64,000 bases of DNA from an uncultured Bdellovibrio sp. (GCA_963932905.1 CAWVRN010000018.1:1-64000), one strand, 5' to 3'. Positions 28,756-39,711 are shown, numbered from the stretch's first letter. Notes: generated by a model from the sequence alone, not told the origin. Numbers and translations: made by a program.

Positions 28756-30261
28756 TTATTGCTTCGAGCGGCGCAAACCGCCAAATTCCTTTTCTATCGC
28801 AGAAAAGTCGGTTTTTGTGCCACTAAACAACTCCCACGTAATGAACGATTGGGCTTTGTCTTCGTCCACGGTGGTCGAGGTAATTTTCGCGTTTAACTGC
28901 TTAACAAAATCAGTTGTGATAGCCTTGCTTGAAAAAGCGTCGCTAAAAAGCTGTTTATGCAGTTTAGAGATTTCTTTGTCTTTAGCATTAGCTTTAGTTA
29001 GGCCCGGATTGTGACCACCCTTTTTCGATAATAAGAAATATGATTTTTTCTGTGGCACTGATTTCCAATGGCTAAGGGCACCCTCAGCAATAGTGGCGCC
29101 GTCATGTGAACCCTGGAAATAATAGACCGTAGCATTGGTAGGATATTTACGTTCGTCATAGGTATTTTCCATTTCTAGCGTAATTCCTTGAGCCGCACAT
29201 TCGTCTGCCCAGGTCGTTTTATCCATTGCAAGTTCTTCTACAAATCCGCGTGTACGGTTGTAATTCATAGTGAATTTGTCTTTTGAAAACCCGCCCAGTT
29301 CCTTGCAATAAAATCGAGTCAGGACATTTTCATCCGTAGCACCAGGATGCTGAGCCGTATTGTATGGGTTCTGTTCTTTCATAATATTGCCATAAGCGCG
29401 ATCAAATTCGCTGGCATTTATACCGCCAGATTCTGGAAGCAATTTTTTAAAATAATTATCTTTAACGATCCTATATCCGCCATCTCGGAATCCTGCTGTT
29501 CCCAGTAAATACATCAAAACATATTTCTGTTTATTATTGTTACCGTAAACGACATCATCAAACGCATCTCTTTGTTTTTCGGAAAGGCTATTCAAGATTA
29601 AATTGTACTTCTCTACTCGATGCGAATAGCGCGATAAATTTTCAACTTTTCCCAAAACGCCTTCGATGACGATTGATTTTACGTTAGCTTCAAATTTATT
29701 AGCATAGATAGTTACAGGAACTGTTCCATAACTAACTCCATATAAAGATACTGTTTTTAGACCGTAGGCTTTGCGTACTTCATCGATATCATTGGCGGTT
29801 TTGATCGATGAATATAATTCTTGATCGATGTATTCTTCCCATGTGTCGGGTGCAGAACAGCCCACACCACGTTGATCAAAATGAATTTCATTGTAACCAG
29901 AACCTAAAATATCGGGATACGTGTGCGTATTTTGCCCAGGTCCACCATCTACAAAAATATAAGATGGCAAATTAGGGTCAAATTCCCGTTTTAAGAAAGT
30001 ATAGATTTTAATCGTGCGTGACGGATTTGCATAATCAAATGGAACATCAATCCACTTGCCAATTTCTTTAGTATCCGCATCGCCTGTGTTTGTGTATTTG
30101 TCACAAAATTTGCGACCATTCATATAGGTTTCCTTAGTTACTTTCTGCAGTATCGGAACGCCAACTGTGGCGGATTCGTCGATCGATTCGAATCCCTTTC
30201 CACACGAAGTCAGCAACGCAGTACTTATTGATAATGCAATCAACCCCTTAATGTAACCCAC
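28756..30261 (-). CDS. Alpha/beta-hydrolase lipoprotein (S33 peptidase-like)
   Basis: Lipobox LLTSC, DGGPG, DQRGVG, GVSYG nucleophile, GH; GTG start with GGAGG RBS. Confidence 0.85.
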   Translation of the reverse strand: MGYIKGLIALSISTALLTSCGKGFESIDESATVGVPILQKVTKETYMNGRKFCDKYTNTGDADTKEIGKWIDVPFDYANPSRTIKIYTFLKREFDPNLPSYIFVDGGPGQNTHTYPDILGSGYNEIHFDQRGVGCSAPDTWEEYIDQELYSSIKTANDIDEVRKAYGLKTVSLYGVSYGTVPVTIYANKFEANVKSIVIEGVLGKVENLSRYSHRVEKYNLILNSLSEKQRDAFDDVVYGNNNKQKYVLMYLLGTAGFRDGGYRIVKDNYFKKLLPESGGINASEFDRAYGNIMKEQNPYNTAQHPGATDENVLTRFYCKELGGFSKDKFTMNYNRTRGFVEELAMDKTTWADECAAQGITLEMENTYDERKYPTNATVYYFQGSHDGATIAEGALSHWKSVPQKKSYFLLSKKGGHNPGLTKANAKDKEISKLHKQLFSDAFSSKAITTDFVKQLNAKITSTTVDEDKAQSFITWELFSGTKTDFSAIEKEFGGLRRSKQ

Positions 30262-30292
30262 GAAACCTCCCCAGGCCCAAGTTCGCGTAAAT

Positions 30293-30319
30293 TAATCGAA
30301 GGTGACAAAACTCGCATTA
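30293..30319 (-). promoter_or_regulatory. Candidate sigma-28 promoter for the hydrolase lipoprotein
   Basis: Minus strand TAATGCGA-N11-TTCGATTA; partial match to the FliA consensus. Confidence 0.25.
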
Positions 30320-30350
30320 AAATAAAAGTTTCTAGTAATAATTCAAAGAC

Positions 30351-30367
30351 TGTCGCCATTTTTGACA
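30351..30367. promoter_or_regulatory. TGTC-N9-GACA palindromic site
   Basis: TGTCGCCATTTTTGACA, about 90 bp upstream of the hydrolase lipoprotein start. Confidence 0.45.
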
Positions 30368-30426
30368 CCGCAAAAACAGCTAAATGCTATGTAGATTGAT
30401 TTTAAAGGAAGGACAAAAAGTGAAGT

Positions 30427-31344
30427 CTATAAAATTGGCTGAGGTTTTAACAGTCCCACATTGCCCAGCTTAGATGGAAGTTCTTTGCCCATTTGGGCTT
30501 GTAGCCAAGGTGCAATTGACAAAATTTTCTTTAAATCGATACCTGTTTTTACACCCATATTTTGAAACATATATAGAACATCTTCGGTAGCTACGTTACC
30601 CGTTGCCGCCGGTGCGTAGGGACAACCACCAAGGCCACCGATGCTAGAATCGAAAACAGAAATGCCTTCGTTGTAAGCCGCAAGAATGTTGGCCAGAGCC
30701 TGTCCGCGCGTATCGTGAAAATGTCCCGCAATCGCTTTCGCCGGGATTTTCTTTTTCATTTTTCTGAACATAGATTGAACTTGTCCGACATGTGCTACGC
30801 CAATGGTATCACCTACCGAGATTTCAAACGCGCCCATTTTATAAAGTCTATGAGCCATATCGATAACTGTTTTTTCTGGAACATCGCCTTCGAACGGACA
30901 ACCAAAACATACACTTAAATACCCACGCACTTTGATTTTGTGTTTCTTCGCCATCGCGAATACAGGTTTGAATCGTTCGAAACTTTCTTCGATCGTGCAG
31001 TTGATATTTCGTTTTGAAAATGATTCGCTACAACCGGCAAACACAGCAACTTCGGCAGGTTTTAATTTCAACGCTTCTTCCATCCCACGTTCATTCGGCA
31101 CCAATACCGAATAATGAGGTTTCTTGTTCCATTTATATAAATTATCCAGAACTTGATCTGTGCCTTGCATTTGTGGAATTTTATCAAAACGTACAAACGC
31201 ACCGGCTTCGATACGATGAACACCAGCTTGTATGAGGCGTTTACCCAGTTCTACTTTTTGATCGACGCTGAGGATGACTTTTTCGTTTTGTAATCCATCA
31301 CGTAATCCCACTTCGACAATTTTAATATTTTTAGGTAATGCCAT
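30427..31344 (-). CDS. liuE: Hydroxymethylglutaryl-CoA lyase
   Basis: EVGLRDGLQNE, GDTIG, HFHDTRG, GLGGCPYAP, GNVATED. Confidence 0.95.
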   Translation of the reverse strand: MALPKNIKIVEVGLRDGLQNEKVILSVDQKVELGKRLIQAGVHRIEAGAFVRFDKIPQMQGTDQVLDNLYKWNKKPHYSVLVPNERGMEEALKLKPAEVAVFAGCSESFSKRNINCTIEESFERFKPVFAMAKKHKIKVRGYLSVCFGCPFEGDVPEKTVIDMAHRLYKMGAFEISVGDTIGVAHVGQVQSMFRKMKKKIPAKAIAGHFHDTRGQALANILAAYNEGISVFDSSIGGLGGCPYAPAATGNVATEDVLYMFQNMGVKTGIDLKKILSIAPWLQAQMGKELPSKLGNVGLLKPQPIL

Positions 31345-31353
31345 ATTGAACTC

Positions 31354-31740
31354 TTATGTTTCCTTAGTCGGTTCGATTTCCACGATCAACGCACCTAGCG
31401 CCACTTGATCTAGTTCTTTGAACGCCACTTTCTTGATTGTTCCGGCCATGTTTGATTTTAATGTGTATTCCATTTTCATGGCTTCCATCACCAGGACGCT
31501 TTCGCCAACAGCTACAGGATCACCCAACTTTTTGAACAGCTTAGTGATCTTACCTGGCATCGGTGCTAAAATTGTATTTGATTTAGCGTCTTTACCAGCC
31601 ACTTTGCCGCGACGACGGCCAGAAGTTTCCGCATCGAATACTAAAGTTTCGCCATTAAGGTGGATCCAGACTTTGTCGCCGACTTTTTCGGCCATGGCTT
31701 TGTAGACTTGACTGCCGATTTTCTTTTCAAATTTTTGCAT
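31354..31740 (-). CDS. Biotin carboxyl carrier subunit of methylcrotonyl-CoA carboxylase
   Basis: APMPGKI, EAMKME biotinylation motif; TAATG coupling to the upstream gene gives start 31740. Confidence 0.9.
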   Translation of the reverse strand: MQKFEKKIGSQVYKAMAEKVGDKVWIHLNGETLVFDAETSGRRRGKVAGKDAKSNTILAPMPGKITKLFKKLGDPVAVGESVLVMEAMKMEYTLKSNMAGTIKKVAFKELDQVALGALIVEIEPTKET

Positions 31741-33254
31741 TACCACATCCTCCACTGCTCAGACCATGGATTTTGGTACCCGCCATTTGTCGCCGTTGAT
31801 TTAACCGCCCACGCCGATTTACCCATTTGCTTTTTGATTTCATCCACAAAGGCATCGACTTCGGGTTCGCGACTTGGTGGCTTTAGCGGTTCAGAGAAAT
31901 ATTTACTAATAAACTGAGTTGTCATCGTCCCCGCGATAAATTCAGGATGCGACAAGATCGCTTTTAAATAAGGAATATTTGTGTGCACACCAAAAATGAC
32001 GGATTGATTTAAAACTTCGATCATTTTTTGAATCGCACGTGGACGTGATTCATCCCACACAATCACTTTAGCAATCATTGGATCGTAGAATGACGTGATG
32101 ACATCATCTTCTTCAAACCCATACTCAAAGCGGCGCCCAGGCCCTTCTGGAAAATGAACATGTCCTAATCTTCCTGTACTTGGCATTCCGCCTTCGTATG
32201 AATTTTCAGCATACACACGGCATTCGATACTGTGGCCTTGGAAAGATTTGTACTGATCTTCTGAAAATACGAAACTCTGACAGGCATTTAGGATTTGGGC
32301 TTTGACCAGATCAATTCCTAAAACCATTTCTGTTACCGGATGCTCGACTTGCAAACGTGTGTTCACTTCCAGCAAGAAAAATTCACCATCTTGAAATAAA
32401 AATTCAACTGTACCCGCACTACGATAGCCGGCTGTTTGCGCAATCAAAGTAGCGGCTTCGCCCATTTTTCGGCGTAGTTCAGGGGTCAATGACGGCGAGG
32501 TTGCTTCTTCGATAATTTTTTGATGGCGACGTTGAACAGAACATTCGCGTTCAAACAAATGTCTAACTTTTCCAATGGAATCACCGAACACTTGAAATTC
32601 AATATGTTTAGCACGATCCAGATACTTCTCTAAAAACACTTTGGAAGAACCAAACGCGGACAAGGATTCACGTTGCGCTGATTCGATACGTTCACGGGCT
32701 TCTGACGCTTGAGTGATTAGCTTCATTCCTCGACCGCCGCCGCCTGCTGCGGCTTTTACGATACAAGGATAACCAATACGAGCCGCTTCTTTAGATAACG
32801 TTTCTACCGTTTGATCATCGCCTTCGTAACCAGGAACTAACGGAATGCCGCATTTTTTTGCTAATTCTTTGCAATGAACTTTGTCGCCCAAACTGCGAAT
32901 GGCATTTTCAGAAGGGCCTACGAAGATCATTCCTGCATCGACGCAGGCTTTAGCGAAATCAGCATTTTCACTTAAGAAACCAAAACCAGGATGGATCGCA
33001 TCCGCGTTCTTAGCTTTAGCGCCTTGAATATTAGATTTAATATTTAAATAACTCTCTGCCGGAGTCGAACCACCAATACAGACTTTGTGATCAGCCATAC
33101 GGTAAGCTCTAGAATTTATATCGGCATCCGAGTGCAATAATACTGTTTCGATACCAAGCTCTTCACACGCTTTGATAATTCGAACGGCCACTTCGCCGCG
33201 ATTTGCGATCGCCAGGCGTTTAATAGCTAAATTGGATAGATCTGTCTTCTTCAA
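31740..33254 (-). CDS. Biotin carboxylase subunit of methylcrotonyl-CoA carboxylase
   Basis: ANRGEVA, HPGFGFLSEN, GGGGRGM, RECSVQRRHQK, NTRLQVEHPVTE, YDPMIAK; TTG start. Confidence 0.95.
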   Translation of the reverse strand: MKKTDLSNLAIKRLAIANRGEVAVRIIKACEELGIETVLLHSDADINSRAYRMADHKVCIGGSTPAESYLNIKSNIQGAKAKNADAIHPGFGFLSENADFAKACVDAGMIFVGPSENAIRSLGDKVHCKELAKKCGIPLVPGYEGDDQTVETLSKEAARIGYPCIVKAAAGGGGRGMKLITQASEARERIESAQRESLSAFGSSKVFLEKYLDRAKHIEFQVFGDSIGKVRHLFERECSVQRRHQKIIEEATSPSLTPELRRKMGEAATLIAQTAGYRSAGTVEFLFQDGEFFLLEVNTRLQVEHPVTEMVLGIDLVKAQILNACQSFVFSEDQYKSFQGHSIECRVYAENSYEGGMPSTGRLGHVHFPEGPGRRFEYGFEEDDVITSFYDPMIAKVIVWDESRPRAIQKMIEVLNQSVIFGVHTNIPYLKAILSHPEFIAGTMTTQFISKYFSEPLKPPSREPEVDAFVDEIKKQMGKSAWAVKSTATNGGYQNPWSEQWRMW

Positions 33255-33266
33255 AATCTGTCTCCC

Positions 33267-34040
33267 TTAGGCTTTCCAACTTGGTTTTCTATTTTCAAGA
33301 AAACCTTTGATACCCTCTTGCCCTTCGTTTGATACGCGAAGTTCAGAGATAAGTTTAGTCGTTACATCTTTATGTTGATTTGGATTTAGGTTGGCTAGTT
33401 CACGAAGTAGTTTTTTTGTGCGACGAACGGCCACGGGTCCGTTATCTTTGTACAAATGAAGGACACGTTGAAATTCTTTGGTGCCTTCCTCTTTGCTGGC
33501 AGCTAGATTTACTAAACCTAGTTGTTGCGCGTGAACGTCGGTGAACACTTCTGCTGATGTCATATAGTATTTAATGGCCGGGGTACATTTATCTAATACA
33601 AAGCTAGAAATAACCGCTGGCGCGATTCCTAGCTTCACTTCGCTGAAACAAAACTTAGTTCCCGTTTCCGCAACGACGTAATCACAACAGGCTACTAAAC
33701 CTAACGCGCCACCAAACACAGCACCATGAACATGAGCCACAATTGGTAAGTCCAAGTTCTTCATCGCCGCGAACATTTCGTATAATTTTTCAGAATCTTT
33801 CTTGTTTTCATCCAAAGAAAAATTCACCATCGATTTCATCCAGTTTAGATCGGCACCGGCGCAGAATGCTTTGCCTTCACCCGTTAAGCCCACTGCTTTC
33901 AAATCAGTACGTACTTGCAGTGCTAAAAATGTCTGCGTTAGTTCTTCGATCATTTCGCTATTGAACGCGTTTCTAACGTCAGGGCGATTTAATTTAATAA
34001 ATGCAATCTGATCTATTTCTGTGAATACAAGTGTCTTCAT
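33267..34040 (-). CDS. liuC: Enoyl-CoA hydratase family, probable methylglutaconyl-CoA hydratase
   Basis: LNRPDVRNAF, FCAGADLNWM, FSEVKLGIAPA; liu operon context. Confidence 0.88.
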   Translation of the reverse strand: MKTLVFTEIDQIAFIKLNRPDVRNAFNSEMIEELTQTFLALQVRTDLKAVGLTGEGKAFCAGADLNWMKSMVNFSLDENKKDSEKLYEMFAAMKNLDLPIVAHVHGAVFGGALGLVACCDYVVAETGTKFCFSEVKLGIAPAVISSFVLDKCTPAIKYYMTSAEVFTDVHAQQLGLVNLAASKEEGTKEFQRVLHLYKDNGPVAVRRTKKLLRELANLNPNQHKDVTTKLISELRVSNEGQEGIKGFLENRKPSWKA

Positions 34041-34046
34041 TTCATC

Positions 34047-35654
34047 CTACATTCTGAAAACGCCCTGCTTACGCTCGGGCCATTTCTTATTTAAACTTGC
34101 AGCAATACCTAAAGCCAACACACGACGTGTATCTTTAGGATCGATGATACCGTCATCCCAGATTCTAGACGTTGAAAAATACGCCGAACTTTCCGCTGCG
34201 TATTTATCTAGGATTGGTTTTTTGAAATCCGCTTGTTCTTGTTCCGACATCGTTACTTTTTTAAGAGCTAATTGATCTTTCTTCACTGTCAGCAACACAT
34301 TCGCAGCTTGTTCGCCGCCCATAACGGAAATGCGTGCGTTTGGCCACATCCACAATTGTCGTGGTTGATACGCGCGTCCGCACATCCCGTAATTACCCGC
34401 ACCATATGACCCGCCAATTACGACGGTGAATTTTGGAACGCTGGCATTACTTACTGCCATAACCATTTTCGCACCATGCTTGGCAATACCTTCATTTTCG
34501 TATTTTCTGCCAACCATAAAGCCAGTGATATTTTGCAAAAAGATCAGCGGAACTTGGCGCTGTTCACAGAGCTCGATAAAATGCGCTGCCTTCAACGCGC
34601 TTTCGCTGAACAACACGCCATTATTAGCGATAATACCGACGGGAAAACCCCAGATGTGTGCAAAACCAGTGACTAATGTTTTTCCATACAAAGGTTTAAA
34701 TTCGTGAAAATCAGATCCATCAACTAAACGCGCGATCACTTCACGAACATCGAAAGGGCGTTTTGAATCTTCAGGAATCAAACCATACAGTTCTTCCACT
34801 GGGTATTTTGGTTCTTGATAGGGCTGCTGATTAATTGGCATTTCACGACGTTTGTTTAAATGCTTAACGATTTCTTTTGTGATTTCCAAAGCGTCTTCAT
34901 CATTTTCTGCAAAATGATCTGTTACACCGCTAACTTCGCAGTGCACTTGTGCGCCGCCCAGATCCTGCGCGGAAACTTCTTCACCTGTGGCTGCTTTTAC
35001 TAACGGAGGTCCACCCAAGAAGATAGTTCCATTTTCTTTCACAATTACGTTTTCATCGCTCATGGAAGGCACGTAAGCGCCGCCGGCCGTGCACGAACCC
35101 ATAACCACTGAAATTTGCGAAATGTTTTCGGCAGACATCTGAGCTTGATTATAAAAAATACGACCAAAATGATCGCGATCAGGGAATACTTCAGACTGCA
35201 ATGGCAAGAAAGCGCCGCCGCTATCCACTAGGTAAATACATGGTAGACCATTTTCACGCGCAACTTCTTGCGCGCGAAGATGTTTTTTCACCGACAAAGG
35301 GAAATAGGTTCCACCTTTTACCGTCGCATCGTTCGCTACGATCATAACTTCCACACCAGAAACAACACCGATACCTGTCACAACACCGGCACCAGGTGCT
35401 TCGTTATCATAAACATCCCACGCTGCTAATGTTGAGAATTCTAGAAAACTGGTTCCTGGGTCGACCAAAAATTCAATACGTTCACGGGCTGATAATTTGC
35501 CGCGACTTTTGTGCTTCTTCAGTGCGTCCGCACCACCGCCCATTTTTACGGTATTAATACGGTTTTGCAGTTCTTCTACAAGACCCATCATAAATTTTTT
35601 GTTGGCCGCAAAATCACTGCCGGAAGAATCAATCTCTGTTTCAATAATAGCCAT
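34047..35654 (-). CDS. liuB: Methylcrotonyl-CoA carboxylase carboxyltransferase subunit
   Basis: [49 protein letters not shown] terminus. Confidence 0.95.
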   Translation of the reverse strand: MAIIETEIDSSGSDFAANKKFMMGLVEELQNRINTVKMGGGADALKKHKSRGKLSARERIEFLVDPGTSFLEFSTLAAWDVYDNEAPGAGVVTGIGVVSGVEVMIVANDATVKGGTYFPLSVKKHLRAQEVARENGLPCIYLVDSGGAFLPLQSEVFPDRDHFGRIFYNQAQMSAENISQISVVMGSCTAGGAYVPSMSDENVIVKENGTIFLGGPPLVKAATGEEVSAQDLGGAQVHCEVSGVTDHFAENDEDALEITKEIVKHLNKRREMPINQQPYQEPKYPVEELYGLIPEDSKRPFDVREVIARLVDGSDFHEFKPLYGKTLVTGFAHIWGFPVGIIANNGVLFSESALKAAHFIELCEQRQVPLIFLQNITGFMVGRKYENEGIAKHGAKMVMAVSNASVPKFTVVIGGSYGAGNYGMCGRAYQPRQLWMWPNARISVMGGEQAANVLLTVKKDQLALKKVTMSEQEQADFKKPILDKYAAESSAYFSTSRIWDDGIIDPKDTRRVLALGIAASLNKKWPERKQGVFRM

Positions 35655-35666
35655 AAAAAATCTCTT

Positions 35667-36350
35667 TTAGTTTTTCTCTTTCAATTGAAGTGCTGATTTT
35701 AATTTTGCCACGATCTTAACTTCAGAAACGATGGCGTCCTTATCATCAAAAATAAATAAATTCGTATCTACATTGGTTGTCGAGTTACTGCGCAATTCAG
35801 TCAGTGCTGATTCACGTGATTCCGCAGACAACTCAAACCGTACACGAAGAGATGCCGTTTCTTCTGTTTTACGTTTTTCATAAACGACTTTATCGATTTG
35901 AAAACTGAATTCCCCAATGGGGGCGTGTCGCAGCCACAAAATTTTAAAACTTTCAACGCTGGCTGTGATGATAGCTGAATCTAACCACTGACCTTCCTCG
36001 TCTAGGTTTCTAGGGCGCTTAGGAATTACAACTTCGATTTGAGTGTCATTTAATTTGGAAACCCGAAGCCCCATACCCAAGGTAGCTGGCCTGAAGAAGT
36101 CTAGGAAATAACTCAATGCTTCTCTAGAAGCTTGTGGGGTCCACTTTTCCACATAAGACATGAAATCCACGATGTGAGGACGGATGCCTTTAACTTCGAA
36201 AAATACTTTCAGATTCTGCCAAAGCTTGTCTTCAGCCATACCATCGACCGCTCCACCAATCAGTTCCTGTGCCTGATTCCAGTTTTCCAGCACCTTTTTT
36301 TCAAATTGCGCCCGCTTATTCAACAGTGAATTCATCCAGTCCATTTGCAT
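35667..36350 (-). CDS. Hypothetical protein, possibly hotdog/thioesterase fold
   Basis: FRPATLGMGLRVSKL...IEVVIP...RN pattern resembles hotdog-fold proteins; heads the liu operon; start moved to 36350. Confidence 0.55.
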   Translation of the reverse strand: MQMDWMNSLLNKRAQFEKKVLENWNQAQELIGGAVDGMAEDKLWQNLKVFFEVKGIRPHIVDFMSYVEKWTPQASREALSYFLDFFRPATLGMGLRVSKLNDTQIEVVIPKRPRNLDEEGQWLDSAIITASVESFKILWLRHAPIGEFSFQIDKVVYEKRKTEETASLRVRFELSAESRESALTELRSNSTTNVDTNLFIFDDKDAIVSEVKIVAKLKSALQLKEKN

Positions 36351-36485
36351 AACACCCTTTCGAATTTTCTTTCTGTAACGGTTATCGAATTCGTTTATCA
36401 AAAATATTGAAAAACTTTGAGTTTCATTTTGCCATTAATGACTTATCTGGCTATAGTGTCTAACATAAAATAGAGGTAATATTCT

Positions 36486-37055
36486 ATGATGAAAATTCTA
36501 AGTCTGATAGTTTTTGTGATCCTTTTGTCATGGACATGGCATGTTGTACACAGCAGTGCACCTATTGGTTTCGAGACGCACTCGGACATTCAGGCAAAAA
36601 TGAAAGAGTTGATCGAAACCACTATCAAATCTCGCAAGCCAGACACAAAAAGCGTAGAAATCGTGAAAATTTGGACACGTGATATCGGCGATCGCAAAAT
36701 TCAAGCGGATTTTACTTACCGTTTCATCGAAACGACAGCTCAAAATGAATCTACTGAGCGCGTGATTGATGGCGAAGCGGTTCTTTTCCGCGATATTTCC
36801 GATAATCCAAGCTTAGATCAATGGACGGTTCAATCGTTAGTAACCAAAGGCGATTCGATTTCGTTCAATGAAGGCTCAACTGTAAGTCCAAATAATCAGA
36901 CGGCAGATGAAAATCCATCGACCACGCAATCTCAAAATCCACCCTCAGAAAACCCGATGACTCCACCGCTTCCTACTGATGGGGGCAAAGCTCCTCAGCA
37001 CGCGCCAGGAGCAGCGCCAGAGCCTAAAAAAGAAGCGCCTAAAGCGGCGCACTAG
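36486..37055 (+). CDS. Hypothetical membrane-anchored protein with Pro/Ala-rich tail
   Basis: N-terminal hydrophobic segment, RBS GAGGT, low-complexity C-terminus. Confidence 0.75.
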   Translation: MMKILSLIVFVILLSWTWHVVHSSAPIGFETHSDIQAKMKELIETTIKSRKPDTKSVEIVKIWTRDIGDRKIQADFTYRFIETTAQNESTERVIDGEAVLFRDISDNPSLDQWTVQSLVTKGDSISFNEGSTVSPNNQTADENPSTTQSQNPPSENPMTPPLPTDGGKAPQHAPGAAPEPKKEAPKAAH

Positions 37056-37083
37056 TTTAGTTAACGTTAATTTTGCACTTAAA

Positions 37084-38217
37084 ATGAACAATTCAAATAT
37101 GTCCGACCGTTTCGCAGTAGTCGATGAAAACGGTTGGATTTTTTTCGATAATCGACAAATCGAGGATTCCGCGGCCGCCAAAGATTTCTTTGCGCAGCTC
37201 CACTTTTTACCGAACCGATCGTTTGGCTCACAGCTGTTGGGCGAAGCAGTCATTGTCGAAGCGTTCGACGCCCCCCTGGTTGTTCAAACTTTTGAATTCG
37301 ATCCTATCGCCCGACAGGTGAGGCTTCTTTTTAACTACGGATACAAATTGGAAATCGAAACTGACATTTTCACATCGCAAGTTTTACCTGGATTCTTTTT
37401 GGATTCCTGGGACCGTGTTTATGGTGAAACGAAACAAGGTATTCCCTTTAGTTTTACAAAAAAAGCCTTGGGAGAATTTTTCGACAGCCTTGATGAATTT
37501 GACGATGAATCTGTCGTTTTTAATGGCAAGCACGTAGAAATCAAACCCTTGTGGCAAGACGAACCCGAAATCCAGGGCGTCGACTGGTGGAATAAGGCCT
37601 ACACTGGCGAAGTCGAAACCGTCACTAGCCCCGAATTTCAGAAATCATCAAAGTCTTTCGCCGTCAATCCCGGTTGGAATATGGAAGCCCCAGCGACGAC
37701 TTTGAAAGATATGCTGCCAAGAATGAAGCTGCCCAAATCCCGTGTCCTAGTTTTAGGTTGCGGAGACAGTCACGATGCCGCTTTCTTTGCACAAAGTGGT
37801 CACATGGTTACGGCGGTGGATTTTTCAGAGCATGCGATCGAGCGTTCAAAAAAATTGTACGGACACATGACAAACATCACTTGGCTACAAGCCGACGTTT
37901 TCAAATTGCCTGACAGTTTCAACAACGCTTTTGATTTAGTTTATGAATACACCTGCTTCTGTGCGATCAATCCTGTTCAGCGCGCGCAATTAATTCAAGT
38001 ATGGTCACGCTGCCTACATGACCAAGGGCAATTGATGGCCACCCTATTCTGCATGCATAAACGCAGTGGGCCTCCGTTCGGTGGCACTGAATGGGAATAC
38101 CGCGAGCTTTTGAAAAAACGATTTCAAACATTGATTTGGTCACGCTGGAGAAAATCAGATCCACGCCGCCAAGGTCGCGAACTCTATATCTTAGCTCAAA
38201 AGCGGAAACTTCTATGA
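37084..38217 (+). CDS. Thiopurine/thiol-type class I SAM methyltransferase with an extra N-terminal domain
   Basis: PGWNM, VLVLGCGDSHD, VDFS, FDLVYEYTCFCAI, GPPFG; start probably 37084 or 37099. Confidence 0.8.
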   Translation: MNNSNMSDRFAVVDENGWIFFDNRQIEDSAAAKDFFAQLHFLPNRSFGSQLLGEAVIVEAFDAPLVVQTFEFDPIARQVRLLFNYGYKLEIETDIFTSQVLPGFFLDSWDRVYGETKQGIPFSFTKKALGEFFDSLDEFDDESVVFNGKHVEIKPLWQDEPEIQGVDWWNKAYTGEVETVTSPEFQKSSKSFAVNPGWNMEAPATTLKDMLPRMKLPKSRVLVLGCGDSHDAAFFAQSGHMVTAVDFSEHAIERSKKLYGHMTNITWLQADVFKLPDSFNNAFDLVYEYTCFCAINPVQRAQLIQVWSRCLHDQGQLMATLFCMHKRSGPPFGGTEWEYRELLKKRFQTLIWSRWRKSDPRRQGRELYILAQKRKLL

Positions 38218-38741
38218 ACCTAAAATTTTCATTCGCTCAGACATCGGAATCCAAAACGATAGCTGATCTAGTGAATTCAGCTTATCGAGGTGATTCATCT
38301 AAAGCCGGATGGACCACCGAGGCTCACTTATTAGATGGCCAAAGAACCGATGCCAATGAAATCAAAGAAAAAATCGAAGAAAAGAACACCTTCATCTTAA
38401 CCGCACGCGAGAACGGCGAGATCATAGGCAGTTGCGAACTAGTTTCTGATCCAGCAGCCAGTGAGTTGTATTTTGGAATGTTTACGATCAAACCGACGTC
38501 GCAAAACAAGGGACTGGGAAAAGAATTTTTGAAACACGTTGAACAATTGGCGGAAGAATGGAAACTGAAAACGATTAAAATGACTGTGATCACACTGCGC
38601 AGGGAATTGATTGAATATTATGTGCGCCGCGGATTTCGCGTCACAAACGAATTCATTCCATTTCCAACGGAAGAGCGTTTTGGTTTGCCCAAGGTTGAAA
38701 ATTTAGAGATGGTTTATCTCGTAAAGGATATCCATGAGTAA
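38214..38741 (+). CDS. GNAT family N-acetyltransferase
   Basis: VNSAYRG, GWTTE, QNKGLGK, YVRRGF; ATGA overlap gives start 38214. Confidence 0.9.
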   Translation: MNLKFSFAQTSESKTIADLVNSAYRGDSSKAGWTTEAHLLDGQRTDANEIKEKIEEKNTFILTARENGEIIGSCELVSDPAASELYFGMFTIKPTSQNKGLGKEFLKHVEQLAEEWKLKTIKMTVITLRRELIEYYVRRGFRVTNEFIPFPTEERFGLPKVENLEMVYLVKDIHE

Positions 38742-39711
38742 TGCTATTGAAGTTAAAAACCTAAATCGAGTTTATTATTCTTATGAAAAGTCAGTCGGAT
38801 TATTGTCGTCGATTCAAGGGTTGTGGAATCGTAGACACACTGAAAAATCGGCGTTGTCGGATATCAATCTGACGATTCCGGCAGGACAGGTCATTGGTTT
38901 GGTTGGATCTAACGGTGCTGGCAAAACGACATTGATTAAAACATTGTCCGGCTTGATTCCCGCTACCAGTGGCGATGTCAAGGTACTTGGCTTCAATCCG
39001 TTTGAACGGAAGAATGAATTCTTGCGTGATATTTCAGTTTTGCTGGGGCAAAAAAATCAACTTTGGTGGGATATTGCGCCAGTGGATAGCTACCAATTGC
39101 TGATGAACATTTATGATCTAGATGTAAATAAAACGCAGAAAAAAGTAAAAGAACTGGCCGACATTCTAAATTGTACGCATGTTCTAGAAACACAGCTTCG
39201 CCGATTAAGCTTAGGCGAACGCATGAAAATGGAAATCATCGGGTCACTTTTACATGATCCAAAAATTTTATTTTTGGACGAACCTACGATTGGTCTTGAT
39301 ATTGTGGCGCAGACTTCCATTCGTAATTTTTTATCGAATTATGTGAAGGAAAAAAAACCGACAATCATCCTGACCAGCCACTATATGGATGATATTTCTA
39401 AATTAGCCGATCGACTGGTAATTATCAGTAAAGGTAAAATTTTTTACGATGGCTCAATCGAAAAATTTACTCAGAAATCAGTTCAAAAAAAACGATTAAA
39501 AATTATATTTGAAACGCCAGTAAAAGAAAATATACAGATTGCTGTGGATATTAATTTGATCGCCGGTGCAAAAGCCTTGGACCTCGAAGTTGAACCGGCT
39601 AAAATCGCGGACACGATCACCCGCATTTCGCAAAAAGAATCGATACAGGACATTTATACAGAAGAAATTGATTTCGAAGAAACTATTCGCGAGTTTTTGA
39701 AAAAGGAATAA
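38734..39711 (+). CDS. ABC-2 type transporter ATP-binding protein
   Basis: GSNGAGKTT, LSLGERMK, FLDEPTIGLD, TSHYM. Confidence 0.93.
   Translation: MSNAIEVKNLNRVYYSYEKSVGLLSSIQGLWNRRHTEKSALSDINLTIPAGQVIGLVGSNGAGKTTLIKTLSGLIPATSGDVKVLGFNPFERKNEFLRDISVLLGQKNQLWWDIAPVDSYQLLMNIYDLDVNKTQKKVKELADILNCTHVLETQLRRLSLGERMKMEIIGSLLHDPKILFLDEPTIGLDIVAQTSIRNFLSNYVKEKKPTIILTSHYMDDISKLADRLVIISKGKIFYDGSIEKFTQKSVQKKRLKIIFETPVKENIQIAVDINLIAGAKALDLEVEPAKIADTITRISQKESIQDIYTEEIDFEETIREFLKKE

Noticed and set aside
31738..31742. Possible frameshift pseudogene of the carboxylase alpha subunit
   Set aside because: Clean stop-start coupling with an RBS, and both parts keep intact motifs
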